Shown: positions 27,355 to 36,757 of the stretch, one piece after another
Layout of the letters: the number at the start of each line of letters is the position of its first letter
Numbering within the stretch: the first letter of the stretch is position 1
NCBI GenBank assembly: GCA_015484595.1
Contig: WFMM01000053.1
Location: 1 to 55,733, forward strand
Reading direction: 5' to 3'
Origin: Nitrospirota bacterium
GTDB lineage: Bacteria > Nitrospirota > Thermodesulfovibrionia > Thermodesulfovibrionales > JdFR-85
DNA length: 55,733 bases
Made by a program: the position numbers and the translations under genes
The notes under the pieces: generated by a model
The model's input: the letters and a program-made list of their open reading frames with translations, nothing else
Told to the model about the DNA's origin: nothing
The model's database searches: none

Positions 27355-28749
27355 TTATAACCTTATTGGCAGGACAAATGTTACCTTTGTTCCCTTTCCC
27401 TTTTTGCTTTCTATGCTTACCTGTCCACCGTGTTCGTCTATCACCTTTCTGGTCATGGCAAGACCAAGGCCAAGACCCTGCTGTTTGGTGGTAAAAAAGG
27501 GTTCGAATACCTTTGGAAGCAGTGTCTCTTCTATCCCTTCTCCTGTGTCTGTGATGGATATGGAAACGCTCTTTCTGGCATCGTCTCTGGATACCTCAAC
27601 CGTAAGTGTTCCACCTTCTTTCATGGCATCTATTGCATTTACCAGTGCGTTAAAGAGACAGGTCTTTATGAGCTCTGCATCAAGCTCTAAAAGGGCCGGG
27701 TCACCTGGATAGTTTCGTACAATCTTTATGCCTGCCCTTTCAGCCTTTGCCATTATAAGCGAGAGGGTGTCTTCCACAAGGGCCACCACATCAACCCTGG
27801 ATGGCTTGAGCCTGAGGGGTTTTCCGTACTGGAGGAAGTTTTCAACCAGGCTATCAAGTCTTTTTATCTCCTGCTTTATGTTTTTAAGGAGCTCCTCTGT
27901 ATCACCACTACAGTGTCCCTTAAGGTGGTCAATGCTAAGGCTTATAAAATTAAGGGGGTTTCTTATCTCGTGTGCCACAGAGCGTGACAGCTCTCCAATG
28001 GTGGATAGGTGCTCGGCCTCCCTCAGCTTTTGCTCCATCCTCCTGAACTCCCTGAGCTTCCTTATCATCTGGTTGAAGCTTTCCTTAAGCTGGCCTACCT
28101 CGTCTTTTTCAGTGACCTCAAGCTCTATGTCAAGGTCTCCTGAGGCAACCCTCCTTGAGGCAGTGACGAGCTCTTTTATGGGGCGGGTGTATCTTTTTGA
28201 AAGCCACACAGTGATTATAAACCCTACGAGCAGGATTAACAGGGTAACCACGATGCGGAGTTCGAAGTTCTTTTTCAGAAAGGAAAGGGTATCCCTGTTA
28301 CTGACCGTGACATGTACATATCCCTGGTGCTCTCCTTTTATGACTATTGGAAGGACGATGTGATAAAGGTCGCCCTCCCTGGTGACAAACTCTCCAAGCT
28401 CCGACTTAAAGACAAGCTCTGTGATGTTTTCAGGTGCAGGCTCTCCTACCTTTAAGGGATTTGAGCTTGCCCTTACCTTTATCTGACTGTCTATGATGCT
28501 TATCTCACTTACTCCCCTGGACTTGAGTCTTTTCAGATAACGATACAGTTCCATTATGTCCTGTCCCTCGGTCTTTGATATCTCCTGTATTGCAAGGTGT
28601 ATTGCCTCGGTAATCTCGGTGGTCTTTTTCTGAAGCTTCTGAAGAAGGAGCCTCTCGGAGTATATACCAAAAAGGGTCATCATCAGAAGCAGAGAGGCAC
28701 TGAGTGACAGGATCATTATGATTAGTTTTTTGTTAAGACTCCAGCGCAT
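27355..28749 (-). CDS. Membrane sensor histidine kinase (HAMP, HisKA, HATPase)
   Basis: Two TM helices, HAMP DEVGQL..SFN.M, AHEIRNPL, NAIDAM, DTGEGI, PFFTTK, GLGLGL. Confidence 0.93.
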   Translation of the reverse strand: MRWSLNKKLIIMILSLSASLLLMMTLFGIYSERLLLQKLQKKTTEITEAIHLAIQEISKTEGQDIMELYRYLKRLKSRGVSEISIIDSQIKVRASSNPLKVGEPAPENITELVFKSELGEFVTREGDLYHIVLPIVIKGEHQGYVHVTVSNRDTLSFLKKNFELRIVVTLLILLVGFIITVWLSKRYTRPIKELVTASRRVASGDLDIELEVTEKDEVGQLKESFNQMIRKLREFRRMEQKLREAEHLSTIGELSRSVAHEIRNPLNFISLSIDHLKGHCSGDTEELLKNIKQEIKRLDSLVENFLQYGKPLRLKPSRVDVVALVEDTLSLIMAKAERAGIKIVRNYPGDPALLELDAELIKTCLFNALVNAIDAMKEGGTLTVEVSRDDARKSVSISITDTGEGIEETLLPKVFEPFFTTKQQGLGLGLAMTRKVIDEHGGQVSIESKKGKGTKVTFVLPIRL

Positions 28750-29803
28750 ACTCCTCCTCTGAAATTATACCACCACCTACCACAATGTCTTGGGCGTAAA
28801 AAACCGCTGACTGCCCTGGTGCTGGCGCCCACTGGGGATTTTCAAATCTCAGAAGACAGCTGTCTTTACGGATATCAAGAAGCTCTGCAGGCTCGTCCCT
28901 CATCATTGACCTGACCTTTGCGGTGACCCTCTGCACAGGGCTTGTTAGCCAGTTTACCTCTTTTACATAGACATCTCTTCTGTAGGCAAGCTCCCTTGGC
29001 CCCACATATATGGCGTTTTCCTCAGGTGATATCCTGATTACATAAAGAGGCTCTGTGTGAGGGATGTTAATGCCTCTGCGCTGTCCCATGGTAAAGTGAA
29101 ATATACCACTATGTGTGCCTATCTGTTTTCCCTTTATGTCATACACAGGGCCTGGCCGTTCAGCCTCTGGTGCTATCTCCCTTATAAAGCCAGCATAGCC
29201 TGTCTCTCCGATAAAGCATATCTCAACGCTTTCTATCCTTTCTGAAGCAGGAAGCCTCAGTTTTCTTGCCAGTGCCCTTACCTCTGCCTTTTGCATGTAA
29301 CCAAGGGGAAAGATGCATCGGGAAAGGGTCTCAGTGCTTAAGACATAAAGAAAGTAGGACTGGTCTTTGGCAGGGTCGGATGCCCTGGCAAGGTGACTTA
29401 CACCGTTTATCCTTACGACCTTTGCATAGTGTCCTGTTGCAATAAACTCTGCCCCTTCCTCATTAGCAACCCTCTGGAGTAAAGGAAACTTTATGTGCTT
29501 ATTGCATAGAACGCAGGGGTTAGGGGTTATGCCTTTAAGGTAGCCCTCAACAAAGGGGTCTATCACCAGCTCCATAAACTCTTCTCTTGCGTTGAGCATT
29601 CTGTGGGGGATGTCAAGCATAGAGCAGGTCTCCTCTGCTGCCCTCACAGACTCAAGGCTACAGCAGGTCCTTGGATTTACCCTGCCTCTTGCCTCAAACA
29701 AAAGCAGACTAACCCCTATTACCTCGTAGCCCTCCTTTTTCAGCAGATAGGCAGCCACAGAGGAGTCAACACCACCGCTCATTCCAAGAACCACTCTTTT
29801 CAT
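28733..29803 (-). CDS. mnmA: tRNA-specific 2-thiouridylase MnmA (CC-motif type)
   Basis: MSGGVDSS, TCCS, TPNPCVLCN, ATGHYA, KDQSYFL, EICF, T.GQRRG, APGQSAVFY. Confidence 0.96.
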   Translation of the reverse strand: MKRVVLGMSGGVDSSVAAYLLKKEGYEVIGVSLLLFEARGRVNPRTCCSLESVRAAEETCSMLDIPHRMLNAREEFMELVIDPFVEGYLKGITPNPCVLCNKHIKFPLLQRVANEEGAEFIATGHYAKVVRINGVSHLARASDPAKDQSYFLYVLSTETLSRCIFPLGYMQKAEVRALARKLRLPASERIESVEICFIGETGYAGFIREIAPEAERPGPVYDIKGKQIGTHSGIFHFTMGQRRGINIPHTEPLYVIRISPEENAIYVGPRELAYRRDVYVKEVNWLTSPVQRVTAKVRSMMRDEPAELLDIRKDSCLLRFENPQWAPAPGQSAVFYAQDIVVGGGIISEEEYALES

Positions 29804-29819
29804 TTAATTAATTATACAC

Positions 29820-29921
29820 TTATTGCGTTTAATGCGTTTATAGCGTTGATTGCGTTAGTTGCGTTAATTGCGTTAATAGCGTTTATCGCGTTTATCGCGT
29901 TGATTGCGTTGATAGCGTTTG
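29820..29921. repeat. 9-bp tandem array (TTGCGTTAA-like) x~11, same unit as in elements B/C/D
   Basis: ttgcgttta atgcgttta tagcgttga ttgcgttag ttgcgttaa ttgcgttaa tagcgttta tcgcgttta tcgcgttga ttgcgttga tagcgtttg. Confidence 0.93.
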
Positions 29922-30269
29922 ATACTTTTACCTTATTTAATTTAAAATTGTTACAGGGATTAAATAACCAAACCCCAGTTCTTGATTTTCCTGAGAGGTC
30001 TCTTTTTGGGTATAGTTCATCTCTGAGTCCCCCAGGAAAAACTTCAGAAATTAGAATAGACAAAAAATTGACAGCTCGACAGAATTTTACTAGCTATTAA
30101 TCCTCTTTCGCTTTATAAAATGACGAAAAAAGCTTTGTATTTAGGGGAGTTAGGTTAATAGAGATATTCTGGCATTTATATTGCTATACATACTTAAACT
30201 GTCAGGTAATCCGGGTGTCTGTAAACGAGGCGCCCCTTTGAGCTAAAAAAAGAAGGGAGGTAAAAAGCC

Positions 30270-30488
30270 ATGATGAACTGCTGGGAATTCAAGAAGTGTG
30301 GTCGTGACAAGTCAGGTGACTGTCCTGCCTATGTTAAAAGGGCTGGCAAGGTATGCTGGATAGTGGCAGGAACCATGTGTGGTGGTCAGGTGCAGGGCAC
30401 CTTTGCAAAAAAGATTCGCACCTGCATAGATTGTGACTTTTATAAGTACATAAACAAGAGGGCAAGGGAAAGGCTTGCTGTAAAATAA
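30270..30488 (+). CDS. Small Cys-rich 'two-CW' domain protein
   Basis: NCWEFKKCGR...CPAY...CWIVAGTMCGG..QG.FA.K...C..CDFY; strong SD AGGGAGGT. Confidence 0.8.
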   Translation: MMNCWEFKKCGRDKSGDCPAYVKRAGKVCWIVAGTMCGGQVQGTFAKKIRTCIDCDFYKYINKRARERLAVK

Positions 30489-30531
30489 AGGATTATTGTG
30501 ATTATTATTTCTTTTCTATGTATAGAAATAG

Positions 30532-30563
30532 AGGGCCATCTTTATATAAGTGAAGGTGGCCCT
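30532..30563 (+). terminator. Stem-loop after the two-CW gene (possible terminator)
   Basis: AGGGCCATCTTTAT/GTGAAGGTGGCCCT stem; no clear U-tract. Confidence 0.4.
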
Positions 30564-30712
30564 GCATATTAGTGTCCAGCCTTATTCAGATAGGCATCCT
30601 TTAAAAATACCCCTCACACCACTTTGGTAGACCTCTCACTTGCTAAGACCCTGCAGGACCCTGTTTAATATGCTTTAGTAAGATTCCAAAACGATAAGAT
30701 ATCTAAATCTTT

Positions 30713-30770
30713 TCATAATGATTATAAATTATCTGATCTTGACTAAATACATTTAGTAATGTTATTACTT
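30713..30770 (+). promoter_or_regulatory. rnf promoter region with a Fur/PerR-like box and a second palindrome
   Basis: TCATAATGATTATAA (30713-30727), TTGACT -35 (30739-30744), palindrome ACTAAAT-AC-ATTTAGT (30742-30757). Confidence 0.45.
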
Positions 30771-30810
30771 ATAGGTTTTTTTACCTACTCCAATTAGTAG
30801 AGGAGGTCAA

Positions 30811-32118
30811 ATGGCACTTCTTACATTCAAAGGTGGTGTTCACCCTCCGGATAACAAGGAACTGGCAGCAGGAGCTGCTATAAAAGAGGCCCAGCCACCA
30901 AAGCAGGCAGTCATTCCCCTCAGTCAGCACATAGGTGCACCCTGTAACTGTGTGGTTGAGGTTGGACAGGAGGTAAAGAAGGGACAACTCATTGGTGAGC
31001 CAACGGCCTTTGTTTCAGCACCAGTTCATGCCTCAGTCTCTGGCAAGGTGGTTGCTATTACGCAGGTTCCCAATGCCATGGGCAGGATGGTTCAGGCCGT
31101 GGTCGTGGAAAACGACGGTAAGGAGGAGTGGACACAGCTACAGGACAACCCGGATTACATGAGTCTTTCACCTGATGAGCTCAAGGAAAAGATAAAGAAT
31201 GCAGGCATCGTGGGAATGGGTGGTGCTACATTTCCAACCCATGTGAAGCTTTCTCCACCAAAGGAAAAACCCATTGATGTGGTGATCATAAACGGTGCCG
31301 AGTGTGAGCCCTATTTAACGGCTGACCACCGCCTGATGGTTGAAAGACCTGAGGATGTGGTCGAGGGGCTTAAGATACTCATGAAGGTGCTTGGCGTAAG
31401 CAGGGGATACATTGGTATAGAGAACAACAAACCCGATGCCATAGAGAAGATGACAGAGGCAGCCTCAAGGGAGCCAAACATAGAGGTCAAGGCCCTTCAG
31501 GTAAAGTACCCGCAGGGTGCTGAGAAGATGCTCATCAAGGCGATAGTTGACCGTGAGGTACCTGCTGGTGGGCTTCCCATGGATGTGGGGGTGGTTGTTC
31601 AGAATGTGGGTACAGCAGTGGCAATCTTTGAGGCCTGCCGTTACGGAAAGCCCCTGATTGAAAGGGTAGTCACCGTGACAGGCAGAGGGGTCAAACAGCC
31701 AGGTAATCTTCTTGCAAGGATTGGAACTCCGATTGGCCAGTTGATAGAGGAGTGTGGAGGCTTTTCTGACAGCCCAAAGAAGGTGATACTTGGTGGACCC
31801 ATGATGGGCTTTGCCCAGTTTTCCCTTGATGTGCCTGTAACGAAGGGGACATCAGGGGTGCTCGTGCTTTCTGAGAAGGAGTATGTCTCGGCAGAAAAGT
31901 ATGGCCCCTGTATACGATGTGGCAGGTGTGTGGATGCCTGTCCAATGGGGCTTATGCCTTTGATGTTGAGTCTGCTATCAGAAAAGGGGTTTTACGAAGA
32001 CACAAAGGAGTACAACATTATGGACTGCTTTGAGTGTGGAAGTTGCACCTATGTCTGTCCTGCTAAGAGACCCATCGTCCAACACATAAGACTTGCTAAG
32101 TCTTTAATCAAGAGATAA
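30811..32118 (+). CDS. rnfC: Rnf complex subunit C
   Basis: FKGGVHP, QHIGAP, GIVGMGGATFPTHVK, NGAECEPYLT.D, YPQGAEK, two CxxCxxCxxxCP motifs. Confidence 0.97.
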   Translation: MALLTFKGGVHPPDNKELAAGAAIKEAQPPKQAVIPLSQHIGAPCNCVVEVGQEVKKGQLIGEPTAFVSAPVHASVSGKVVAITQVPNAMGRMVQAVVVENDGKEEWTQLQDNPDYMSLSPDELKEKIKNAGIVGMGGATFPTHVKLSPPKEKPIDVVIINGAECEPYLTADHRLMVERPEDVVEGLKILMKVLGVSRGYIGIENNKPDAIEKMTEAASREPNIEVKALQVKYPQGAEKMLIKAIVDREVPAGGLPMDVGVVVQNVGTAVAIFEACRYGKPLIERVVTVTGRGVKQPGNLLARIGTPIGQLIEECGGFSDSPKKVILGGPMMGFAQFSLDVPVTKGTSGVLVLSEKEYVSAEKYGPCIRCGRCVDACPMGLMPLMLSLLSEKGFYEDTKEYNIMDCFECGSCTYVCPAKRPIVQHIRLAKSLIKR

Positions 32119-32130
32119 AGGAGTGATAGG

Positions 32131-33141
32131 ATGGCGGTTACAAACAGGCAACAGGAACTGGTTGTTACAGTAAGCCCCCATGTAAGAAGCGAAGAGTCCA
32201 CGGCAAAGATAATGTGGACTGTTACCCTCAGTCTTTTGCCAGCCTTTGTAATGGCTGTATATTACTTTGGCCCAAGGGCAGTATATGTCACAGCACTTAC
32301 TGTGATTGGCTCATTGTTCAGTGAGTGGCTGATAGAGCGGATGGCAGGCAAAGAGATAACCCTTTCTGACGGAAGCGCCTTTTTGACAGGGGTGCTTCTT
32401 GGTATGAACCTTCCATCCTCTGTTCCCTTTTACATCCCTCTGGTTAGTTCTTTCGTGGCTGTGGCAATAACCAAACAGCTATTCGGAGGGCTTGGTTACA
32501 ATATCTTCAACCCTGCCCTTATAGGAAGGGCCTTTGCGCTGATTACATGGCCAAGGGCAATGACCACATGGTTTACCCCAACCGCAGCCTTTGTGGCAAT
32601 GGATGCAAAGACCACGGCAACCCCGCTTGGGATACTGAAGGAAGAGGGGATGCACAAGCTGCTTGAGGTCTTTGGCGACAAGATGCACCTTTATCAGAGT
32701 CTGCTCATGGGGCACAGGGCAGGCTCACTGGGTGAGACATCGGTGATAGCGATACTGATAGGCGCTGCCTTCCTCCTTTACAAAAGATACATATCACTTC
32801 ACATACCCCTTTCATTTATCGGCACTGTAGCAGTTCTTACATGGGCATTTGGTGGCAAACAGGGTCTTTTTACTGGTGACCCCATAGTCCACATCCTCAG
32901 TGGTGGTTTGATGCTTGGTGCCTTCTACATGGCAACCGACTATGTTACATGCCCAACGGTGAAGAAGGGACAGATAATATTCGGCATAGGCTGTGGTGCG
33001 TTGACGGCACTGATCAGGCTAAAGGCAGGTTACCCTGAGGGTGTCATGTTTGCCATACTGCTTATGAACTGTTTTACTCCGTTAATTGATCGCAATCTCA
33101 AGTCAAAGGTCTTTGGTGCCAGAAAGGAGGCATCTAAATGA
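32131..33141 (+). CDS. rnfD: Rnf complex subunit D
   Basis: SPH, KQLFGGLGYNIFNPA, FMN site TTATPL, GSLGETS, MATDYVT.P, GYPEG. Confidence 0.96.
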   Translation: MAVTNRQQELVVTVSPHVRSEESTAKIMWTVTLSLLPAFVMAVYYFGPRAVYVTALTVIGSLFSEWLIERMAGKEITLSDGSAFLTGVLLGMNLPSSVPFYIPLVSSFVAVAITKQLFGGLGYNIFNPALIGRAFALITWPRAMTTWFTPTAAFVAMDAKTTATPLGILKEEGMHKLLEVFGDKMHLYQSLLMGHRAGSLGETSVIAILIGAAFLLYKRYISLHIPLSFIGTVAVLTWAFGGKQGLFTGDPIVHILSGGLMLGAFYMATDYVTCPTVKKGQIIFGIGCGALTALIRLKAGYPEGVMFAILLMNCFTPLIDRNLKSKVFGARKEASK

Positions 33142-33797
33142 CATTTAAGGACATCCTGAAGATAACCTTCAACCTGGTGGTGCTTTACCTTGCTGGTGCA
33201 CTTTTGCTTGCTGCTGTGTACTCAAAAACAGCACCTGTTATTTATCAGAAGGTGCAGGAAGAAAAGGCAAGGACGCTCAGGGAGATGATGCCAGAGGCTC
33301 AGAACATCGTGAAACTCGGCGAGTGGCATCCCCACGAAAAGGAGGCCGAGTACTTTGAGGCTCAGAAATGTGGTCAGCTGAAGGTCAAAAAGGTAAAGGA
33401 TGAAAAGACTGGCAAAATGAAAGAGATAAAGCAGTGTATAAATCCCGAGACCATTGGTTACATTGTGCAGAGCTTTGCAAAGGGGTACTCAAGTTATATA
33501 GATATCTTCTTTTCTGTTGACAAGAACTTCGTCATCCAGAACCTCAATATCCTTGAGCAGCATGAAACCCCTGGTCTTGGTGATGCTGTCCAGAAGGACT
33601 GGTTTATGAAGCAGTTCAGGGGTAAGGATTTAGAGCATCTTGTGGTTGACAAGACAGGAACCAGAAAGGACTACATACAGGCCATCACTGGCGCTACCAT
33701 CTCTTCAAGGGCAGTAACCGAGGATGGTGTCAAGAAGGGAATTCTATTCCTTATGAAAGCCTTGAAGAAAGGAGAGGTGAAACATGGAGCATCATGA
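33138..33797 (+). CDS. rnfG: Rnf complex subunit G
   Basis: N-terminal TM, GYSS.I, ETPGLG, FMN site ITGATISS. Confidence 0.93.
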   Translation: MTFKDILKITFNLVVLYLAGALLLAAVYSKTAPVIYQKVQEEKARTLREMMPEAQNIVKLGEWHPHEKEAEYFEAQKCGQLKVKKVKDEKTGKMKEIKQCINPETIGYIVQSFAKGYSSYIDIFFSVDKNFVIQNLNILEQHETPGLGDAVQKDWFMKQFRGKDLEHLVVDKTGTRKDYIQAITGATISSRAVTEDGVKKGILFLMKALKKGEVKHGAS

Positions 33798-34425
33798 GGA
33801 AAAGATAAGCTATCTGCAACTCATAAAAAACGGTGTATTCAAGGAAAACACCATATTCAGACTGGTCATCAGTCTCTGTCCATCAATAGCGGTTACCAAC
33901 AGCGTAAGAAACGGATTTTTGCTTGGAATGGCCGTTCTTTTCGTTCAGAGCATGGTCAACACAACGGTGGCCCTCCTTAGAAGGTTTATTCATCCCCGCA
34001 TCCGTATCCCCATCTTTATGCTCATAATCTCAGGCTGGGTCAGTGTGGTCGATATGATCATGGCTGCCTACGCAAGGGCTGCCTATAAGGAGATAGGTCT
34101 TTATGTGGAGATTATCGTTGCCTTTGCATCCATCCTTGCGAGGGCAGAGATGTTTGCAAGCAAGAACAGACCCCTTGCAGCCTTCTTTGATGGTTTTGGC
34201 TCAGGGCTTGGTTTCATGATAGCACTGGTTGTGATCAGTTTCTTCAGGGAGCTCTTTGGAAGTGGCTCCCTTGCGGGCATTCCTATAATACACGCAAAAC
34301 CCCTGCTCATCATGATAATGCCAGCAGGTGGTTTTATTGCAGTGGGGCTTTTGATGGGATTTTTCAACTGGATTGATATCAGATTTTACGGTGGTAAGGG
34401 TGCTGGTGGTGCAGCAGGGCACTGA
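33784..34425 (+). CDS. rnfE: Rnf complex subunit E
   Basis: EN..F...ISLCPSIAVT, IRIP, RAE.FASKN, RELFGSG, PAGGF. Confidence 0.93.
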   Translation: MEHHEEKISYLQLIKNGVFKENTIFRLVISLCPSIAVTNSVRNGFLLGMAVLFVQSMVNTTVALLRRFIHPRIRIPIFMLIISGWVSVVDMIMAAYARAAYKEIGLYVEIIVAFASILARAEMFASKNRPLAAFFDGFGSGLGFMIALVVISFFRELFGSGSLAGIPIIHAKPLLIMIMPAGGFIAVGLLMGFFNWIDIRFYGGKGAGGAAGH

Positions 34426-34492
34426 GTTTGAATTTATATGCCCTTTTGTGTAATAATTAATAAAGTGATTTGTTTATAAAAGGGAGGCTATT

Positions 34493-35086
34493 ATGAGTCA
34501 CGAGTTTTTGAAGTTGTTCGAGTTATTCATAGCCGCATCAGTAATAAACAACTTTGTCTTTACCCGTTTCCTTGGACTCTGCATATTCTTTGGTGTTTCA
34601 AAGAAGATGGAAACCGCCATTGGAATGAGCATTACCTTCACTGCAGTTATGGTCATTTCAGCCGCATTAAGCTGGCTTATCTTTACATACATAATGGTTC
34701 CTCTTGAGATAACATTCCTTAAGATAATAATCTTCATCGGTGTGGTGGCTGCCTTTGTTCAGGGTGCTGATACCATTATGCGAAAGGTCAGCCCTGGACT
34801 TTATTATAAACTGGGTGTTTATCTTGCACTAATATCCACAAACTGCATTATAGTGGCAGTGCCACTTATAAATGCCGAGTCACATTACAACTTCCTTGAG
34901 AGTCTTTCCTTTGGTCTTGGCTCAGGTATAGGTTTTGCCCTTGCCCTTACCATAATGGCCAGCATTCGTGAAAAGCTTGAGCTTGCTGATGTGCCAAGGC
35001 CGTTTAAGGGAATGCCCATTGCATGGGTTACAACAGCACTTATTGCCCTTGCCTTTACTGGTTTTTCAGGGCTTATCACCCTTTAA
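34493..35086 (+). CDS. rnfA: Rnf complex subunit A
   Basis: NNFVFTRFLGLC.FFGVSKK, LI.TNC, IREKL....VP.PFKG.PI. Confidence 0.95.
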   Translation: MSHEFLKLFELFIAASVINNFVFTRFLGLCIFFGVSKKMETAIGMSITFTAVMVISAALSWLIFTYIMVPLEITFLKIIIFIGVVAAFVQGADTIMRKVSPGLYYKLGVYLALISTNCIIVAVPLINAESHYNFLESLSFGLGSGIGFALALTIMASIREKLELADVPRPFKGMPIAWVTTALIALAFTGFSGLITL

Positions 35087-35108
35087 TTAAAGATTGGAGG
35101 TCGGATAG

Positions 35109-36287
35109 ATGATAGACCATGGTTTGATTAAAGAGGTCTTAAATCTTATAGGAAACCTGAACCTGCCCGAGTTTATTAACCATATACCACTTCCACATAT
35201 CGGTGTTGGTGCAGGTGTTGAGCCAAGAGAGTCGGTTGACCTTGTAGAGACCCTTAAGTTTACCGCCTTTTTTATACTCGGTGTGGGAGCGGTTTTCGGT
35301 TTTGGTCTTGCCTTTGCAGCAAAGAAGTTCTCCGTAAAGCGTGACCCGAGGATTGACCAGGTAAGGGAGTATCTGGCAGGTGCACACTGCGGTGCCTGTG
35401 GTTATGCAGGCTGTGAGCAGTACGCAGAGGCAGTGGTTCAAAACCCTGATGTGCCTCCAAACCTCTGCACCCCTGGTGGTGAAAGGGCTGCCAAGATGGT
35501 TGCCCTTATCACTGGCAAGGAAGCGGTGGCCACAGAGCCTAAGTTTTCAAGGATTATGTGCCAGGGTGACTGGCAGAAGTCAGTAAAGAGGTTTAAGTAC
35601 GAGGGTGTGGAGGACTGTCGTGCAGCAGTGCTTGCAGGCGGAGGAGACAAGGCATGTATTTATGGCTGTCTTGGATACGGAACCTGTGCAAAGGTTTGTC
35701 CCTTTGATGCAATACACATGAACGAAAACCACTTGCCCGTGGTAGACATGGGTAAGTGCACGGGCTGCAGAAAGTGTGAGGCTGCCTGCCCTAAGAAGGT
35801 CATAGAGGTGCTTCCAGGCAGTAAGGCTGTGGTGGTTGCATGTCACAGCCGTGACAGAGGGGCTGACACAAGGAAGAACTGTCAGATTGGCTGCATAGCA
35901 TGTGGTGCCTGTGAGAAGGTCTGTCCCTTTGATGCCGCAAAGGTTGAAAACAATGTATCAAGGATTGATTACGATAAGTGTCGTGTATGTGGCCTCTGCG
36001 TGAGAAAGTGCCCAACAAAGGCAATCGTTGACCACATGCCCACAAGGCCAAAGGCATTTATTATAGAAGACAAATGCATTGGCTGTAATGCCTGCATGAA
36101 GGTATGCCCCGTTAATGCTGCCTATGGTGAGCTTAAGAAGGTCCACACCATTGACCAGTCAAAGTGCATTGGTTGTGGTATCTGCACTGCAAGGTGTCCA
36201 AAGCAGGCAATAGACGGCACCTTCAATGCTCAGGAGGTCTTTAGAAAGGCTGAGGAAAAGAGGCAGGCTAAAAAGGTAGCAGCCTAA
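35109..36287 (+). CDS. rnfB: Rnf complex subunit B (polyferredoxin type)
   Basis: TM helix, CGACGYAGC, C.YGCLG.GTC..VCPFDAI, then several CxxCxxCxxxCP motifs. Confidence 0.93.
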   Translation: MIDHGLIKEVLNLIGNLNLPEFINHIPLPHIGVGAGVEPRESVDLVETLKFTAFFILGVGAVFGFGLAFAAKKFSVKRDPRIDQVREYLAGAHCGACGYAGCEQYAEAVVQNPDVPPNLCTPGGERAAKMVALITGKEAVATEPKFSRIMCQGDWQKSVKRFKYEGVEDCRAAVLAGGGDKACIYGCLGYGTCAKVCPFDAIHMNENHLPVVDMGKCTGCRKCEAACPKKVIEVLPGSKAVVVACHSRDRGADTRKNCQIGCIACGACEKVCPFDAAKVENNVSRIDYDKCRVCGLCVRKCPTKAIVDHMPTRPKAFIIEDKCIGCNACMKVCPVNAAYGELKKVHTIDQSKCIGCGICTARCPKQAIDGTFNAQEVFRKAEEKRQAKKVAA

Positions 36288-36757
36288 TACAGGCCAGACC
36301 TTGAAAGTGCCTCCACTCTGCCTCGTGGGAACTGATGCTTAAGCCTGCCGTTTCGGTACAAAAGGCAGCCAATCACGGTTGAGTCATAGAGGGCTATGAT
36401 GTAGCCCTCTTCCCAGTTATGTTCGGTAATCTCAAGGTATCCCCTTCTTAGGAGTTCCGAAAGCTCCTTGCGGCTTAACTCCTTTAAGTGTCTGGATGCA
36501 CTGTCACCAACGAGCTGAAGGCCATAGGTGGTGGGTTTTAGCCACCTTCCCACCTTTCTAAGTATCCTCAGCCCAGGAAATTCTATCCTTTTCATCTCAA
36601 GTGCCTTTGTGACTATCTCATTGTTTGGGGAATCCGAAAGCATCCATACACTTCTTCCTGTCTCAAAGAAGCTAAAGCCATTGAAACGCTCAGGTGGTAT
36701 CCCGAAACGCTCGTAAAAGTAGGAGGTGATTCTTTCTCTGTGCGCCAGTTTAAGCAT
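36284..36757 (-). CDS. Hypothetical protein resembling the RsmF/NOL1 C-terminal (pre-PUA/PUA-like) region
   Basis: ERFGI, GLRILR....LKPTT..LQ..G, EGY.I..Y....IG pattern. Confidence 0.5.
   Translation of the reverse strand: MLKLAHRERITSYFYERFGIPPERFNGFSFFETGRSVWMLSDSPNNEIVTKALEMKRIEFPGLRILRKVGRWLKPTTYGLQLVGDSASRHLKELSRKELSELLRRGYLEITEHNWEEGYIIALYDSTVIGCLLYRNGRLKHQFPRGRVEALSRSGLY

Noticed and set aside
29960-30050. TPP or glycine riboswitch upstream of mnmA (GGGG..CAGAGA..ATACCC..GACCT; CTCTCAGG)
   Set aside because: Only fragments match. The TPP CTGAT..TAAT..GCG.AGG half and the glycine GGAGA/CCGAAG elements are missing.
29603-30100. ORFs 29812..30063 (-) 'NAINAINAI' and 29603..30100 (+) 'IALIAF'
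   Set aside because: They are translations of the 9-bp tandem array; the period is a multiple of 3, which keeps frames open by chance.
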